64,000 nucleotides of DNA, taken from the NCBI GenBank assembly GCA_963806225.1, contig CAWDXG010000001.1, positions 1,760,001 to 1,824,000 of the forward strand, read 5' to 3'. Position numbers and translations under genes: made by a program. The notes beneath the pieces were generated by a model. It saw only the letters and a program-made list of their open reading frames with translations, had not been told where the DNA came from and did no database searches. This stretch comes from an uncultured delta proteobacterium (lineage in GTDB: Bacteria > Myxococcota_A > Polyangia > Polyangiales > Polyangiaceae). Shown here piece by piece: positions 60,063 through 64,000 of the stretch (position 1 is the stretch's first letter; each line of letters starts with the position of its first letter).

Positions 60063-60665
60063 TCACTTGCTCCCGCCGCAGATCTCGAGCTCGTAGAACG
60101 GCGCCGGTTGGTCCTTGGGCCACCACAATCCGCAGCCCACGTTGATCAGGTGCTTGTTGAAGATACCGCGATAGTAGGAACCATTGCGGATGAAGATGTC
60201 CGAGTCCGTGCGCGTGGTGTCGCAATTCTCGCGCAGATCGGTGCGCGTGGTGACTTCCAGGTACACCAGCCCGCGCGACATGGCGGCGATGTTGGCCACG
60301 GCGGGTGCCACGTCCGGGTCGGGTAGATACTGCAGCACGCCCTGGCAGATGATCAGATCGTGCTTCTTGCGGTCGCGCCAGCGCGCGATGTCGCGGTGCT
60401 GGAAGCCGTGCTTCTTGCACATGGCCTGGCTGACCTCGGTGCCCGTGTACGACACGCCCTTGGCGTGCTTCTGCATCCAGTACTTCCACAGGCCGATGCC
60501 CGCCCCGATATCGAGCAGGCTCTTCAGCTCGACGTGGTTGTAGCGAGCGAACGAAAAGACGAACCGAGCCAGCTCGGCGTGCTCCTCGGGCGAGACCACC
60601 CGGGTCTTCGGGGACTCGTAGAAGCGGTGGTAGTAGGCTTCGTCGAACCGCCGAAACCGATCCAT
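60063..60665 (-). CDS. Class I SAM-dependent methyltransferase
   Basis: LLDIGAGIG, GTEVS, DLIICQGVLQYL. Confidence 0.88.
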   Translation of the reverse strand: MDRFRRFDEAYYHRFYESPKTRVVSPEEHAELARFVFSFARYNHVELKSLLDIGAGIGLWKYWMQKHAKGVSYTGTEVSQAMCKKHGFQHRDIARWRDRKKHDLIICQGVLQYLPDPDVAPAVANIAAMSRGLVYLEVTTRTDLRENCDTTRTDSDIFIRNGSYYRGIFNKHLINVGCGLWWPKDQPAPFYELEICGGSK

Positions 60666-60780
60666 GCTGGGCAGTCTACCCCGAAGGGGCCGCCGCGATG
60701 CGAACGCTACGCCAGTATCTCCAGGGGTCCAGTTCATGCGCTTGGCAGCAAACCATTGAAATCGCGTAAAAAAATGGTTC

Positions 60781-60809
60781 TTGCACGTATGTGAATATTT
60801 GCATATATA
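60781..60809 (+). promoter_or_regulatory. Sigma70-like promoter with palindromic operator (SahR-type) for the regulator-ahcY operon
   Basis: TTGCAC (60781-86), 17 nt, TATATA (60804-09); imperfect palindrome TATGTGAAT/ATTTGCATA (60788-60805). Confidence 0.65.
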
Positions 60810-60815
60810 TTCCGC

Positions 60816-61921
60816 GTGACGCACGGCGTGCCCAGTCTCGACTCCCGCTGGCAGCTCTACCGGCTGCTCAGCGACCCCTTCCGGCTGCGCCTCCTGGCCC
60901 TGGCGGCCGAGGAGGAGCTGTCCGTGGGCGAGCTGGCGGAGCTCTTGGACGAGTCGCAGCCGAACGTGTCGCGTCACGCTTCGCCGCTCAGGCAGGCGGG
61001 GCTGCTTGCCGATCGACGCCAGGGTACGCGCACCATGGTGCGACTCGCCGACGACGCTCAGTCCGACGCGGTGGTCGCCGATGCGCTGGGTGCCGGGCGG
61101 CGGCTCTGCCAGGACGAGGGACGCCTGGTGCGTGTGGCCGAGGTGGTGCGCGCGCGCGATGCGTCCACCCGGGAGTTTTTCGCACGGCCCGGCAAGGCGA
61201 GCGAACCGCCCGGTCTGGCTCCCGAGCTGCCCGGCTACCTGTGTGCGCTGGCGCCGCTGCTCGAGCACCGCGAGCTCGCGCTGGACGCGGGCGCTGGGGA
61301 CGGCGGCCTGCTCGATGTGCTGGCGCCCGTGTTCAAGCGCGTCGTCGCGCTGGATCGCAGCGAGGCGCAGCTCGGTCGTTCGCTCTACCGCGTGCGCGCC
61401 CGCGGCTACAAGAACGTCGAGCTCATCTGCGGCGAGGTCGATGGCGAGGAAGTGCGCCGCGCTGTCGGCGACGGCGCCGATGTCGTGATGGCCGCGCGAA
61501 TGCTGCATCACGCGCCGCTGCCGCGCGCGACCGTTGCCGCTCTGGCGAAGCTGGTCCGGCCGGGCGGAACGCTGGTGATCATCGACTACGGGCGCCACGA
61601 GGACGAGCGGCTGCGCGACCACCAGGCCGATGTCTGGATGGGTTTCGACGCCGGGGAGCTTGCGAGCTACGCCGAAGCGGCAGGTCTCACCCAGGTGCGC
61701 ACCGCCCCGATTCCGGCCGGCTACGTGCTGGGGGGTGACGACGCGCACCTCTTGTGGCAGATGCTGGTCGCGGAGCGCCCCGCCCAGGGCGCACCGGGCA
61801 AGCGGGGGCAGGGCGAGCGCCGCACATCGAACGGCGCGTCACACAAGAGCAACGGCCGTGGCGGCAAGAGCCAGTCACGCGCCTCGAACCACTCAACAAG
61901 CAAGGAAGGAATCCCATCGAC

Positions 61922-61925
<4 letters not shown>
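60816..61925 (+). CDS. sahR: ArsR-HTH plus methyltransferase-domain regulator (SahR-like)
   Basis: [50 protein letters not shown] overlap with ahcY. Confidence 0.85.
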
Positions 61926-63304
<1,379 letters not shown>

Positions 63305-63314
63305 TCCACCCTGC

Positions 63315-63369
63315 AACGACCGCGCGCCGCGCGGCTCCCCTCTGGAGCTTCGCGGCGCGTTGTCGTTTT
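63315..63369 (+). terminator. Hairpin/terminator between ahcY and the convergent gene
   Basis: aacgac-cgcgcgccgcg..ctcc / ggag..cgcggcgcg-ttgtcgtt imperfect stem followed by TT. Confidence 0.6.
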
Positions 63370-63379
63370 GTGCGGCGCG

Positions 63380-64000
63380 CTAGTGGCCGTGGCCGTGCGG
63401 CTTGTCGTGGCCTTTGGCCTTGCCCTTGTCGTGCTCGTCCTTCTTCGGTTTCTTGTCCGCGGGCGGAGGCGGCGTGATGGCGAGCCCGGGATTGGCGCGG
63501 GCCGCGGTTTTCGGCTCGGCCGCGGGCTTGGGAGGCGCCTGCGTGGGGGCCGGAGCGGGTGCGCCCGCGCTCACGGCTTTGTGCGACGCACCGGCAACGG
63601 TCGCTTCGGGGGGGACTGCGGGGGGCTGCGCGCCGCCCGCCGGCGCGCTTGTCGCCGTCGTGTCCGGGGCGCCGCCGGCACCTTGCTCCATCGCGCCCGC
63701 TACGTTGTCGCCGGCACCGGCCGCGCCGGCGAGACCGCCGGGTGCGCCGCTCGTGGACGGCACGGCGCTGCTGGAACCGGGCAGCCCGATTTCGGGCAGT
63801 GCGGCGCCGTCCTCCTCGACCAGGTACACCGCCGTTGCCGCGACAGCCCCGCCGACCAACAGCAGCACGGCGGCGATGGCGAGCACCCACGGCAGGAGCG
63901 AGCGCTTCTTCGGGGGCGGAACCGAAGTGCCGGTAGCAGTCGTCGCGGCCGCGCTGCCCGGAGCGAGCGTACCGGCCATCGGGCGTACCGAGGCCGGGCC
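63380..64000 (-). CDS. C-terminal part of a membrane-anchored Pro/Ala-rich protein (5' end outside the window; possibly a Ser/Thr kinase tail)
   Basis: Frame open to the window edge; KKRS + TM helix + low-complexity tail. Confidence 0.65.
   Translation of the reverse strand, partial: GPASVRPMAGTLAPGSAAATTATGTSVPPPKKRSLLPWVLAIAAVLLLVGGAVAATAVYLVEEDGAALPEIGLPGSSSAVPSTSGAPGGLAGAAGAGDNVAGAMEQGAGGAPDTTATSAPAGGAQPPAVPPEATVAGASHKAVSAGAPAPAPTQAPPKPAAEPKTAARANPGLAITPPPPADKKPKKDEHDKGKAKGHDKPHGHGH

Overview
GC-rich bacterial chromosomal segment. Tgl-like lipoprotein, MYXO-CTERM tails, Gly-rich lipoproteins and Hanks kinases point to a myxobacterium (Myxococcota, probably Polyangia-like; inferred). About 55 CDSs; no rRNA, tRNA, CRISPR array, transposase or integrase recognised. 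Housekeeping blocks: tsaB-crp-tgl-rodZ-like-recO, DEAD-box helicase with RRM protein, sigma54-type aldehyde dehydrogenase-DUF779, and sahR-like-ahcY. Most notable accessory modules: (1) a five-gene operon with a sigma54-type promoter, joining a CrtI/RetSat-type oxidoreductase, a phytol/dolichol-type isoprenoid kinase, a MenA-like prenyltransferase and a Get3/ArsA-like ATPase pair (candidate isoprenoid salvage or quinone-tailoring system); (2) a DUF692 (MNIO)/DUF2063 RiPP cluster with a lipoprotein precursor carrying two KxSCxxMG cores and two perfect upstream palindromes; (3) a ligand-degenerate ferritin-like domain fused to a Cro/XRE-type HTH behind an AT-rich palindrome; (4) a chemosensory operon ending in a Ser/Thr kinase-pseudoreceiver; (5) an octaheme HAO-family cytochrome coupled to an internally duplicated 4-His membrane protein; (6) a pseudo-caspase-TPR protein; and many secreted or lipid-anchored hydrolases. 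All family calls come from motif recognition by eye; no database search was run, and start codons are best estimates.
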